From contig CALVAE010000017.1 of NCBI GenBank assembly GCA_944325465.1, positions 541-64,540 on the forward strand: 64,000 nucleotides of DNA. Direction: 5' to 3'. Below the pieces are notes generated by a model. That model did not search any database. It was not told the origin of the DNA and was given only the letters and a program-made list of their open reading frames with translations. The DNA comes from an uncultured Bacteroidales bacterium. Lineage in GTDB: Bacteria; Bacteroidota; Bacteroidia; Bacteroidales; UBA932. Both the position numbers and the translations under genes were made by a program. Shown here piece after piece: positions 17,958 through 27,597 of this stretch; position 1 is the stretch's first letter, and the number at the start of each line of letters is the position of its first letter.

Positions 17958-19121
17958 ATGCGAAGACGCAAGGGCAGAAACAGCAGAGGCGGGAAGTCCC
18001 GGAAGAAACAAGGGAAACCGTTGACTTTCGGAGGGGTATCGGCACGTATAGTCATGCTGGTGCTGGCCGGATTGCAGTTCGTTTCATTCATGTCTATGGT
18101 GGTGAATCCGGCCAAGGCATGGATATTCAATATCTTCGGGCTGATGTTCCTGCCTCTTTTCGTTGTCAATCTGTTTTTGTTTCTGTGGGCTCTCAAACGC
18201 CGTTCAAGATCATGTGTCATCCCGCTCGTGGCATTGTTCCCTTCCGTGTTTTTCATCGGATGCTATTTCCGCTTCCCTGGGAATGGCCGGCAGGAAAACG
18301 CTGTCCCGGATGCCGATAGGATAAAAGTCGTTTCATACAATGTCGGGAGGTTCATGCAGGCGGATGAACGGAAAATATCCGGAGGGAGACGGGCATGTAC
18401 CGATTCTGTCAGGAATTTTCTTGAAGATCAGGATGCTGATATAATATGTCTTCAGGAATTCTACACTACGGATGTGGGGCGTGTGAAGTCATTCCTGTCA
18501 AGATGGATGAAGGATTACCGGGCGGAGTATTATTTCTATAGAAGCAGGTACGGCTATTACGGCAATGTGACTCTCAGCCGCATGAAGGCGGAGGGAAAGG
18601 GGGTTGTCAAGTTCGATGACAGCGCGAATCTTGCCTTGTACACCGATTATTCCCTGGGAGGAAGGGTCTGCCGTGTGTATAATTGCCATTTTGAAAGTTA
18701 CAATATTTCCCTTTCAGGTCTGCTGCGGTCTGTCAGCGGAAGAGGCAGGGAGGTATTCAGGGAGACAGAATACAAGATGCGCAGGGGAATCACCATGCGT
18801 CCCAGACAGGTGGATCTCGTCTTGAAACATATTTCGGATAGTCCGGTTGAGGCTTTTGTATGCGGGGACTTCAATGATACCCCGATGTCTTACACCTATT
18901 ACAGACTGTCACGGGGCAGAAATGATAGTTTCAGAAAGGCGGGGGAGTGGTTCGGGGCGACATTCTCTCTCCTGTGGCCGCTTCTGAGGATAGACTATGT
19001 GCTGTACCCGAAAGCGTTCAGGGCTGTCTCCCATGAGACTCCGCGCCGCCCGTATTCGGATCATTATCCTGTGATAGCGGAAATGTACCTGCCTGAATTG
19101 CAGGGAGATGTTGAACCTTAA
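17958..19121 (+). CDS. Endonuclease/exonuclease/phosphatase (EEP) family membrane protein
   Basis: SYNV, ICLQE, CGDFNDTP, RIDYV, SDHYP motifs; N-terminal TM helices. Confidence 0.9.
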   Translation: MRRRKGRNSRGGKSRKKQGKPLTFGGVSARIVMLVLAGLQFVSFMSMVVNPAKAWIFNIFGLMFLPLFVVNLFLFLWALKRRSRSCVIPLVALFPSVFFIGCYFRFPGNGRQENAVPDADRIKVVSYNVGRFMQADERKISGGRRACTDSVRNFLEDQDADIICLQEFYTTDVGRVKSFLSRWMKDYRAEYYFYRSRYGYYGNVTLSRMKAEGKGVVKFDDSANLALYTDYSLGGRVCRVYNCHFESYNISLSGLLRSVSGRGREVFRETEYKMRRGITMRPRQVDLVLKHISDSPVEAFVCGDFNDTPMSYTYYRLSRGRNDSFRKAGEWFGATFSLLWPLLRIDYVLYPKAFRAVSHETPRRPYSDHYPVIAEMYLPELQGDVEP

Positions 19122-19135
19122 ATTAAATTGAAGAT

Positions 19136-19720
19136 ATGGACAACAGTTTTTTATCGGAAGCGGTGTATGTCCTTCGTAAGGGCGGAGTGATATTGTATCC
19201 TACTGATACCGTATGGGGACTCGGATGCGATGCTACGGATCCCGATGCCGTATCGAAAATCTACGGAATAAAGAAACGCTCCGACAGCAAGTCTCTGGTG
19301 TTGCTTGCCAGCGATTTGGATATGATAGCAAGATATGTCAGGGAAGTACCGGAAATGGCGGTCCAACTGGTTGAGGTCAACGACAGACCGATGACGATTG
19401 TCTATCCGGATGCCATAGTTGGCAAGGAGAACGGCGGTCTGGCCCATAATGTCGTCGCCCAGGACGGCAGCGTGGGAATCAGAATCCCCATGGCGGATTT
19501 CTGCAGGGAACTGGTCCGCAGGTTCGGACGTCCGATAGTGTCCACTTCCGCCAATCTTTCCGGGGAACCGACACCGAAAAGGTATGCGGATATTTCCGAA
19601 CAGGTCAGGGAAGCGGCGGATTATACTCTTGATCCGTCTTTGGAAAAGGGATCCGTCGGAACGGCCTCTTCAATCATCAAGGTCGGAACCGACGGTACCA
19701 TTGCCATAATCCGCAAATAA
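19136..19720 (+). CDS. tsaC: Threonylcarbamoyl-AMP synthase (YrdC/Sua5)
   Basis: YPTDTVWGLGCD, IKKR, STSANLSG. Confidence 0.93.
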   Translation: MDNSFLSEAVYVLRKGGVILYPTDTVWGLGCDATDPDAVSKIYGIKKRSDSKSLVLLASDLDMIARYVREVPEMAVQLVEVNDRPMTIVYPDAIVGKENGGLAHNVVAQDGSVGIRIPMADFCRELVRRFGRPIVSTSANLSGEPTPKRYADISEQVREAADYTLDPSLEKGSVGTASSIIKVGTDGTIAIIRK

Positions 19721-19749
19721 CGCTTCCGGATTTGTCGGGCATCATGGAA

Positions 19750-20592
19750 TCAGCGCTGCTCGATGATGCAGTCTGCTGGAGCCTTGATGTTCCCGTCAAG
19801 GGTGACGGACCCGATGGAGTCGGCTATGATACGGCCTGACGTCGGGTTCTTTATGTTGGTGATGGCTCCGCGGATGTCTGCCTGGAGGGTGGAATATTCG
19901 AATGCCCTGTCGCATGAAGGGTCGAAAGTGCAGTTCTCGATGACCAGGTCGTGTGCATAGCACAACGGCTGTTCGCCGGAGATGTGGCAGTTGACCAGCC
20001 TGAGGTTGCGGGAGTGCCATCCGAGATACTCCCCGTTCAGTTCGGAGTCGTAGATGGTGACATTCTCCACTTCCCAGAAGGCGTCTTTCGTAGTGATTTT
20101 CGCATTGCGTATCTCCACGTTCTTCACATACTGGAATACATATTTGCTGTCACTTTCAAGTCCGTCCACGCGGATGTCGCTGCTGAACATGAACGGATAG
20201 GTCCCGCCGTGCAGTTCGAGGCATTTGATGTCGATGTTCCGGCATCTCCAGAACACTTCGTCGGCATCGTTCATCACTACATTCGCGATCCGGATGTCGT
20301 TCATTTCCCGGAACATCTTCGGCGCATCTATTACGGTGTCCGACATTTCCAGATGGTCGGAATACCACAGGGCGGAACGGCCTCCTGTATCGAAATGGCA
20401 GTTCCGTATGGTGAAGCCGTGGACATGCCAGAAAGGGTAGTTCCCTTCGAAACGGCAGTTGGTGGCGACTATATTGCTGCATTCCTTGATGGCGGATTCA
20501 CCTGCGAGTATCCTTACGCTGTCCAGGTGCAGGTCATGCGATCCGAACAGAGGCCTTTCGCCTCCGAATTCCTTGTCTTTGATATATTGCAT
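19750..20592 (-). CDS. DUF3737 family beta-helix protein
   Basis: GGERPLF, GESAIKE, GNYPFWH, KDAFW, GEYLGW, QPLCY; TACCTTTG promoter element at 20651-20658 (minus strand). Confidence 0.88.
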   Translation of the reverse strand: MQYIKDKEFGGERPLFGSHDLHLDSVRILAGESAIKECSNIVATNCRFEGNYPFWHVHGFTIRNCHFDTGGRSALWYSDHLEMSDTVIDAPKMFREMNDIRIANVVMNDADEVFWRCRNIDIKCLELHGGTYPFMFSSDIRVDGLESDSKYVFQYVKNVEIRNAKITTKDAFWEVENVTIYDSELNGEYLGWHSRNLRLVNCHISGEQPLCYAHDLVIENCTFDPSCDRAFEYSTLQADIRGAITNIKNPTSGRIIADSIGSVTLDGNIKAPADCIIEQR

Positions 20593-20815
20593 GGCTGAAA
20601 AGTTTGGTAATCGGGTCCGGCTTCCGTACGGCTGCCGGAATTTCACCTTGCAAAGGTAGCCATTTCCGTCCAATGTCCGGTATATGTTTTACTGATAGTA
20701 TGACCGGTATTACGGAAAGGAGGGCTGATGTCATGTTTTTCTTCCTCTTTTTGGTCCGAAACGGCAAAATTTATATATTTGCCCCCTGTTTGAATAGGAT
20801 TTTGACCAAAAAATA

Positions 20816-22228
20816 ATGGAAGAAAGGAAAGGGCCGGGAATCGGATACCGTCTTTTCAAGACGTATGTCCGGTTCTATCACGACAAGGTATGCTACCGGA
20901 AGACCTGGACAGTGGGTGCGCAGAATGTCCCTGCTGACGGGACGCCGCTTCTGATAGTATCCAATCACCAGAACGGGGTGAACGATCCTTTGGGGATAGT
21001 GATGTCGTTCAGGGACAGGAAACCGAACATAATCGCCAGGGCGGATGTCTTCGCCCTGCATCCGGTCGCCAATAAATTCCTGCGTGCGATAGGATTGCTT
21101 CCGGCATTCAGAATCGCCTATGAAGGTGAGGAATCACTCGGCAGAAATGCCGAGACCTTCAAGGTGTCCGAGAAGGCGCTCCTTGACGGAGGTACGGTGG
21201 CCATGTATCCGGAGGCGGGCCATCAGGACAAGCGTTGGCTCGGGACGTTTTCCTACGGATATACGAAACTGGCTTTCGAGGCAGCCGAGATGGGAAATTT
21301 CGAGAAGGAGATATTCATCCTTCCTGCCTGCAACCATTACAGCGATTATTTCGGGATACGCAACCAGATCATGATCAGGTACGGGACTCCGGTTTCACTG
21401 GCACCATATTATGAACTGTACAGGACGAAGCCTCGTACTGCCCAAAGAGAGGTGAACAGGCTTGTCAGGGCGCAGATTTCCGGAATGATGCTTAATATCG
21501 AGGATCTTGACCATTATGATGACATAGATTTCCTCCGCACTACATACGGGGTGAAATATGCCGTCGCTTCAGGTACGGACCCGGAGAATCTTCCGGACAT
21601 GCTGGAGTCTGACAAGAAGTTCGTCGCCGTGCTCGATGACTTGAGGCGCAGGCAGGAGGAGGCTGATACGGGAGAACTTCCTGAAGGGACCGCCGAGACA
21701 GGAAGGGAAGATGTGGACATGTCCGGACTTTATGAAGACACGAAGTCTTTCCGTGAAGGCATTGCGGCCCTCGGGATAGAAGACAGACATTTTGACAGGC
21801 GCCCGGGAGTGTTGAAGACATCCTTGAAACTGTTGGCTGCACTGGTGCTGCTGCCTTTGTGGATATTCTCCCTGTGGCCCGGTATCATAATGTACGGGGT
21901 GGCAAGATATTTTTCCGGCCACAGGATGAAGGACAGGATGATGGAAGGGACCTTCCTTATTGTCCTGAGCATAATCTTCTGGATTCCGCTGTTCGGCCTT
22001 CTGACTTTCATTGTCGCCGGTTGCACAGTCGGCTGGCTTGCCGCAGCGGTATGGGTGCTGCTTTTCCCCGTAATATTCATTTTTGCGTGGGATTATTATA
22101 AAGGGGTGTCCCGGCTTGCGGCCGATATCCGGTTTCTCGGACTTTCCTCAGACAAGGTGGAGAAACTGGGAAGGCTCCGGGCGGGCATATATGACAGACT
22201 TGACAGGATTTTTTTGAAAAAGGGATAA
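20816..22228 (+). CDS. PlsC-like glycerophospholipid acyltransferase with C-terminal TM helices
   Basis: NHQNGVND (HX4D) and YPEAG motifs; first gene after the TATATTTG promoter element at 20774-20781. Confidence 0.85.
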   Translation: MEERKGPGIGYRLFKTYVRFYHDKVCYRKTWTVGAQNVPADGTPLLIVSNHQNGVNDPLGIVMSFRDRKPNIIARADVFALHPVANKFLRAIGLLPAFRIAYEGEESLGRNAETFKVSEKALLDGGTVAMYPEAGHQDKRWLGTFSYGYTKLAFEAAEMGNFEKEIFILPACNHYSDYFGIRNQIMIRYGTPVSLAPYYELYRTKPRTAQREVNRLVRAQISGMMLNIEDLDHYDDIDFLRTTYGVKYAVASGTDPENLPDMLESDKKFVAVLDDLRRRQEEADTGELPEGTAETGREDVDMSGLYEDTKSFREGIAALGIEDRHFDRRPGVLKTSLKLLAALVLLPLWIFSLWPGIIMYGVARYFSGHRMKDRMMEGTFLIVLSIIFWIPLFGLLTFIVAGCTVGWLAAAVWVLLFPVIFIFAWDYYKGVSRLAADIRFLGLSSDKVEKLGRLRAGIYDRLDRIFLKKG

Positions 22229-22231
22229 TTT

Positions 22232-23452
22232 ATGCAGAATAGGGTTGTAATAACCGGTATGGGTATATATTCCTGCCTCGGTAAGACGCTGGATGAGGTA
22301 AGGGATGCGCTTTACAGCGGGAAATCTGGAATAGTGTTCGATCCGGCGAGGAAAGAGATGGGATTCCGTTCGGCGTTGACGGCAAAGTTGGACATTCCGG
22401 ATCTGAAAGGGGTATTGAGCCGTTCCCAGAGGGTGTATATGCCGGAGCAGGCGAAATATGCATACTGTGCTACCGCCGATGCGTTGGCTGCAGCCGGGAT
22501 TGACCAGGATTACCTGAATGCCCATGAAGTCGGGCTTCTATATGGCAATGACAGTTCGGCCGAGCCGGTGGTGAAGGCCGTGGATACGATGCGCGAGAAG
22601 AAGGATACTACCCTCTGCGGCAGCGGGGCAATCTTCCAGTCGATGAACTCGACTGTGACGATGAACCTGGGATGTATCTTCAAACTGAAGGGAATAAACC
22701 TTACCGTGTCAGGGGCGTGCGCCAGCGGATCGCATGCGATAGGGCTCGGTGCCCTTCTGATCCAGAACGGGCTTCAGGACATGGTGGTCTGCGGAGGTGC
22801 GCAGGAAGTAAATCCTTTTTCCATAGGGTCCTTTGACGGAATATCCGCATTTTCAGTGAGGGAATCGGAGCCGGAAAAGGCCAGCCGTCCTTTCGACCGT
22901 GACAGGGACGGGCTTGTGCCGGGAGGAGGAGCGGCGACAGTGATTCTTGAGAATTACGAGACTGCCGTACGTCGCGGTGCCCCTATCCTTGCGGAAGTGC
23001 TCGGGTACGGTTTCTCTTCCAACGGGGACCATATATCCTCTCCTAATGTGGACGGACCGATGCGGTCTCTCCAGATGGCCATCAGAAGGGCAGGTATCGG
23101 TATCGGGGAAATCGGCTATGTGAATGCGCATGCCACTTCCACCCATGTCGGGGACGCGAACGAGGCGAAAGCCATATATAACGTATTCGGAGAGAAGACC
23201 GTCGAGGTGACGAGCACAAAGAGCCAGACGGGACATGAAATGTGGATGGCCGGCGCGAGCGAGGTGATATATTCGATGCTTATGATGAAGAACGGTTTCA
23301 TTGCGGGGAACATCAACTTCGAGAATCCCGATGAGGACTCGCAGCACCTTCTGATACCGTCACATACGATAGAGAAGAAGTTCGATACATTCCTCTCCAA
23401 TTCATTCGGATTCGGAGGAACCAACTCCACTCTGGTTATCCGCAATCTATAG
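22232..23452 (+). CDS. Beta-ketoacyl-ACP synthase (FabB/F-like)
   Basis: RVVITGMG, GACASG (catalytic Cys), NAHATST, GHE, SNSFGFGGTN. Confidence 0.94.
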   Translation: MQNRVVITGMGIYSCLGKTLDEVRDALYSGKSGIVFDPARKEMGFRSALTAKLDIPDLKGVLSRSQRVYMPEQAKYAYCATADALAAAGIDQDYLNAHEVGLLYGNDSSAEPVVKAVDTMREKKDTTLCGSGAIFQSMNSTVTMNLGCIFKLKGINLTVSGACASGSHAIGLGALLIQNGLQDMVVCGGAQEVNPFSIGSFDGISAFSVRESEPEKASRPFDRDRDGLVPGGGAATVILENYETAVRRGAPILAEVLGYGFSSNGDHISSPNVDGPMRSLQMAIRRAGIGIGEIGYVNAHATSTHVGDANEAKAIYNVFGEKTVEVTSTKSQTGHEMWMAGASEVIYSMLMMKNGFIAGNINFENPDEDSQHLLIPSHTIEKKFDTFLSNSFGFGGTNSTLVIRNL

Positions 23453-23482
23453 AAAGACAGAAAATTATAAAAAACAATACAA

Positions 23483-23722
23483 ATGGAAAAGCAGGAACTT
23501 GTTGAAAAGATCAATTCTGCCCTTGCAGAAGAATTCGAAATCGATGTAGAGGATATCACTCCGGACGCTGATATCAAGAAGACCCTTGAACTTGACAGCC
23601 TCAGCCTCGTGGATATGGTGGCGATAGTAGAGGAAGTGTCGGGTGTGAAGATCAAAGGCTCCGATGTGTCACAGATCAAGACTTTCGGTGCCCTGTATGA
23701 CTATCTGGAGCAGCATTGCTGA
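23483..23722 (+). CDS. Acyl carrier protein
   Basis: LELDSLSLVDMV phosphopantetheine motif; 79-aa acidic protein. Confidence 0.93.
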   Translation: MEKQELVEKINSALAEEFEIDVEDITPDADIKKTLELDSLSLVDMVAIVEEVSGVKIKGSDVSQIKTFGALYDYLEQHC

Positions 23723-24150
23723 TGGAGGAGACCCCTCTTTTTTCGGGAGAGCAGATCTACGGACTGATTCCCCAGCGTCCTCCGGTCGTGATGGTGGATT
23801 CCCTCTACCGTTATGACGGGGACGGCGCGGTGACGGGTCTGACTGTTCTTCCGGACAATATTTTTGTGGAGGACGGCCGTTTCACCGAATCAGGGCTGGT
23901 GGAGCATGTGGCCCAGTCTGCTGCAGCATTTGCGGGTTACGGAACCTTTAAGGAAGGATGTCCTCCGAAACTGGGCTATATAGCCGAGGTGAAGAAATTC
24001 AGGATCCGGAGACTGCCGGCTGTAGGGGAAAGTCTCAGGACGGAACTGCGGATTCTAGGCAGTGCAGCCGGGATGTCCCTGCTTTCGGCGGAGGTATATG
24101 CCGGAGACATGGTGGCTTCAGGGCAGATGAAGATATTCATAAAGGAATAG
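23722..24150 (+). CDS. Hot-dog fold 3-hydroxyacyl-ACP dehydratase-like protein
   Basis: LIPQRPPVVMVD and GLVEHVAQSAA (ApeP/FabZ-like). Confidence 0.82.
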   Translation: MEETPLFSGEQIYGLIPQRPPVVMVDSLYRYDGDGAVTGLTVLPDNIFVEDGRFTESGLVEHVAQSAAAFAGYGTFKEGCPPKLGYIAEVKKFRIRRLPAVGESLRTELRILGSAAGMSLLSAEVYAGDMVASGQMKIFIKE

Positions 24151-24153
24151 GTT

Positions 24154-24576
24154 ATGCCTGAATTGAGTGAAACCGTAAGGGTCAGGGTCAGATTCAGCGA
24201 GGTGGATGCCTTGCAGATAGTATGGCACGGAAACTATGTCCGCTATCTGGAAGATGCCAGGGAGGCATTCGGAAGACGGTACGGACTGGAATACATGCAT
24301 ATTTTCGAGAGCGGATATTTCGCGCCGATGTTCGATATGCAGATGCGATATCATCATACGGCTACGGTGGATGATGAACTGCTGGTTAAGATAACGTACC
24401 GCCCTGCCCGCGGAGCCAGGGTGGTGTTCGACTATGAAGTGACGAGGGAGAAAGACGGTCTTCTTATCCTGACGGCGTCTTCTACCCAGTTGTTCACGAC
24501 ACGGGAAGGGGAGTTCGAACCGTCCTGCCCTCCTTTCTATGAAGAATGGAAGCGGCGGAACGGCATTGTGCTGTAG
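24154..24576 (+). CDS. Acyl-CoA/ACP thioesterase (4HBT family)
   Basis: VRFSEVDALQIVWHGNYVRYLEDARE. Confidence 0.88.
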   Translation: MPELSETVRVRVRFSEVDALQIVWHGNYVRYLEDAREAFGRRYGLEYMHIFESGYFAPMFDMQMRYHHTATVDDELLVKITYRPARGARVVFDYEVTREKDGLLILTASSTQLFTTREGEFEPSCPPFYEEWKRRNGIVL

Positions 24577-24582
24577 CGGAGA

Positions 24583-24984
24583 GTGGATATGCTTGAAAAT
24601 TATTATAATGTCGAGTCGGTGGCTCGCAATGACGGGGAGGCGGTATATACCGTATCCCTCAATCCGGACTGTGAGGTGTACAGGGGACATTTCCCCGGCA
24701 ATCCGGTATCTCCCGGGGTATGCAATATCCGGATGATACAGGAATGTGCGCGGAAGGAATGCCTTTTATCCTCCGTTGCCGGCGGTCCCGGCAGCGGAAA
24801 TCTGTATATCGAGGAGATCAGGCAGTGCCGGTTCACGTCTCTGGTATCCCCGCTGACGCATCCTCGTCTGGATGTGCATGTCTCCCTGGAAGACCTCGGT
24901 GCCCGGCGTTTCGGCCTGACGGCTTCCATCGTAAGCGAGGGTACGGTATGCCTTTCCATGAAGGCCGTATGCAGAATGTCCTGA
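24583..24984 (+). CDS. ApeI/FabZ-like dehydratase
   Basis: YRGHFPGNPVSPGV motif. Confidence 0.82.
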   Translation: MDMLENYYNVESVARNDGEAVYTVSLNPDCEVYRGHFPGNPVSPGVCNIRMIQECARKECLLSSVAGGPGSGNLYIEEIRQCRFTSLVSPLTHPRLDVHVSLEDLGARRFGLTASIVSEGTVCLSMKAVCRMS

Positions 24985-25005
24985 AATTTCTGATTTGGAA
25001 TATAT

Positions 25006-27597
25006 ATGTCCCGTTTTTTCATAGCGATATACAGGTTTTTCCACAGACACCGGTGGTTGATGTGGAGTACTCTGGCAGTCACGATGGCCGTGTTCGTTTT
25101 CTTCGGCCTCAAGGTGGAATATGAGGAGGATATCTCGAAACTCCTTCCGCAGACGGATTCGGCGACTGAAAGCGGACTCGCATTCGGCAGCCTGAAGGTC
25201 AAGGACAAGATATTCATACAGATCAGGGGCAGAGAGGAGACATTGGATGCCGGGACTCTTGCCGGATATATGGATGAATTCACCGACTCTCTTGAAATAC
25301 GTGACACATCCACGGGATACATTTCCGGAATCCTGAGCGGAATTTCTCCGGACATGATGCTGATGACCCTTGACTATGCACTGATGAATCTTCCGTCTCT
25401 GGTGGATACTTCCGCATACAGGGAATTCGATGCCTTGCTGGCAGCCGGAGCCATTGACAGGCAGATGGAGCGGAATGCCGGGATGGTGTTTTCGGATGAA
25501 GAGGGCAGCATATCGACGATGGTTGGTTATGACCCTGCCGCATTGAGGAAAGTCATACTGTCGGGAATAGACCGGCCGGGCGGATTCACTGTGGCCGAAG
25601 GGCACCTTTTCAGTCCGGATTCCACTGTCGTCCTTGCTTTCCTGTCTCCTGACTTCAATTCAATGGATTCAAAGTCCGGGTCGGGGCTTGTCAGGATGTT
25701 GGAGAAGGAAATAGACTCTTTCTCGCAAAGGCATCCCGATGCGGAAATCCTTTTCCACGGCAATCCGGTCCAGAGCGTTTTCAATTCGCGGCAGATAAAG
25801 AAGGACCTTGCGATGACGGTCGGAATATCCCTGATCATCATCTGCCTTGTGATATGTTTCTGCTTCAGGAGCAAGTCAACGCTGCTGTTCCTGCTGCTTC
25901 CTGTGGTGTATGGGGCGTTTTTCGCCCTCGCCTGCGTCTATTGGCTTCAGGGTGGGATGTCCCTCATGGCCATCGGTATCGGGGCTCTGGTCCTGGGTGT
26001 GGCCTTGAGTTACTGTCTCCATGTCCTCACCCATTCCAAATATGTGGATGATCCCGAAAAGCTTCTCAGGGACCAGTCGACTCCGGTTTGCCTGGGATGT
26101 CTGACCACGATAGGTGCCTTTATGGGCCTTCTTTTTACGCAGAGCAGTCTGTTGAGGGATTTCGGGATTTTCGCTTCCCTCGCCATGGTAGGTACGACTC
26201 TGTTCGCCCTTGTCTTTCTTCCGCATTTTTTCACGGAAGGGAGCAGACGCCGTAACGACAGGGCTTTTGCCTGGATAGACAGAATCAATTCATATCCTCT
26301 TGACAGGAAGAAATGGCTGCTTGCAGTCATTGCGGCGGTCTGTGCCGTATGCTGCTATACCCAGAAATGGGTCACGTTCGACAGTGACCTGAGGAATATC
26401 GGCTACAACGAGCCGAAGGTAGTCGAGTCGAGGGAACTTTATTCCGCGAAGAACAATGACGGATATTTCTCGATGTATTATGCCGCCACAGGGCGGACCC
26501 TTGATGAAGCCATTGTCCTCAACGGCAAAGTGACAGGAGTACTGGACTCCCTGCGGTCTGCCGGACTTGTGCACAGATATTCCAGTGCCGCTTCGCTTTT
26601 TGTCCCGGAGAAGGAACAGGAGCGGAGGATAGCAGCCTGGAACGCATACTGGACTCCACGGCGGGTTGCCGCAGTAAGGAACGAAATCACCGTTTCGGCA
26701 GAGAAATACGGACTGGACCCGTTCATGTTCGAAACCTTCTTCACCCTTGTCGGCTCGGACTATGCCCCGTCTTCCCTTTATGATGCAGGTGTCCTCCCGG
26801 ATGAACTGGTCTCAAATTTTATCGAAAAGACTCCGGACGGACGTTTCATGGTCTTCGATTCGGTCCTGATGCAGGAAAAGGACAAAAAGGCGGTCAGCGA
26901 TGCCGTGGCAGCATGTCCCGGGGCTGTTGTCATTGACCCGTTCTATTATACGAACGACATGGTCAGGATACTCAACGATGATTTCAATGTGATTCTCGGG
27001 GTATCTACACTGTTCGTGTTCATTGTCCTCCTTGTCTCATTCAGAAGCGTGGTCCTGTCCGTGATAGCCTTCCTTCCGATGGGACTGAGTTGGTATGTAG
27101 TCAAGGGCATAATGGGGATTTTCGGACTCCAGTTCAATCTGATAAACATAATCATCGCGACCTTCATATTCGGTATAGGGGTGGATTACAGCATATTCGT
27201 GATGAAGGGACTTCTGGCAAAGGCCAGCGGGGAGGATGACCGGCTGCTGACCTATCACAAGGCGGCGATTTTCTTCTCGGCGTTCGTACTGATAGTCGTA
27301 GTCGTGTCACTGCTGTTCGCTACGCATCCGGCCATCAGTTCGATAGGTATCAGCACCCTTATAGGGATGGGTTCTACCATATTGATAACATACACCTTAC
27401 AGCCTTTCCTGTTCAGGCAGATGATGAAGATACCTTATTTTTCCAGACGATTCGGCCATCCGTCAGGGTGCTTGTCCGAGGCGGCAGTTACGGAGGAAAG
27501 CCATCCCGGATCCGGTAAGGGAGGTGCCCGGGAGGAAGGCATCGGGGAAGGGACCGGCAGGTCAGAAGGAGCCGGAAAATCAACCGGAGGAAAATAA
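25006..27597 (+). CDS. MMPL/RND-family lipid exporter
   Basis: Two repeats of a periplasmic domain plus TM bundle; FGIGVDYSIF; EEDISKLLP. Confidence 0.88.
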   Translation: MSRFFIAIYRFFHRHRWLMWSTLAVTMAVFVFFGLKVEYEEDISKLLPQTDSATESGLAFGSLKVKDKIFIQIRGREETLDAGTLAGYMDEFTDSLEIRDTSTGYISGILSGISPDMMLMTLDYALMNLPSLVDTSAYREFDALLAAGAIDRQMERNAGMVFSDEEGSISTMVGYDPAALRKVILSGIDRPGGFTVAEGHLFSPDSTVVLAFLSPDFNSMDSKSGSGLVRMLEKEIDSFSQRHPDAEILFHGNPVQSVFNSRQIKKDLAMTVGISLIIICLVICFCFRSKSTLLFLLLPVVYGAFFALACVYWLQGGMSLMAIGIGALVLGVALSYCLHVLTHSKYVDDPEKLLRDQSTPVCLGCLTTIGAFMGLLFTQSSLLRDFGIFASLAMVGTTLFALVFLPHFFTEGSRRRNDRAFAWIDRINSYPLDRKKWLLAVIAAVCAVCCYTQKWVTFDSDLRNIGYNEPKVVESRELYSAKNNDGYFSMYYAATGRTLDEAIVLNGKVTGVLDSLRSAGLVHRYSSAASLFVPEKEQERRIAAWNAYWTPRRVAAVRNEITVSAEKYGLDPFMFETFFTLVGSDYAPSSLYDAGVLPDELVSNFIEKTPDGRFMVFDSVLMQEKDKKAVSDAVAACPGAVVIDPFYYTNDMVRILNDDFNVILGVSTLFVFIVLLVSFRSVVLSVIAFLPMGLSWYVVKGIMGIFGLQFNLINIIIATFIFGIGVDYSIFVMKGLLAKASGEDDRLLTYHKAAIFFSAFVLIVVVVSLLFATHPAISSIGISTLIGMGSTILITYTLQPFLFRQMMKIPYFSRRFGHPSGCLSEAAVTEESHPGSGKGGAREEGIGEGTGRSEGAGKSTGGK

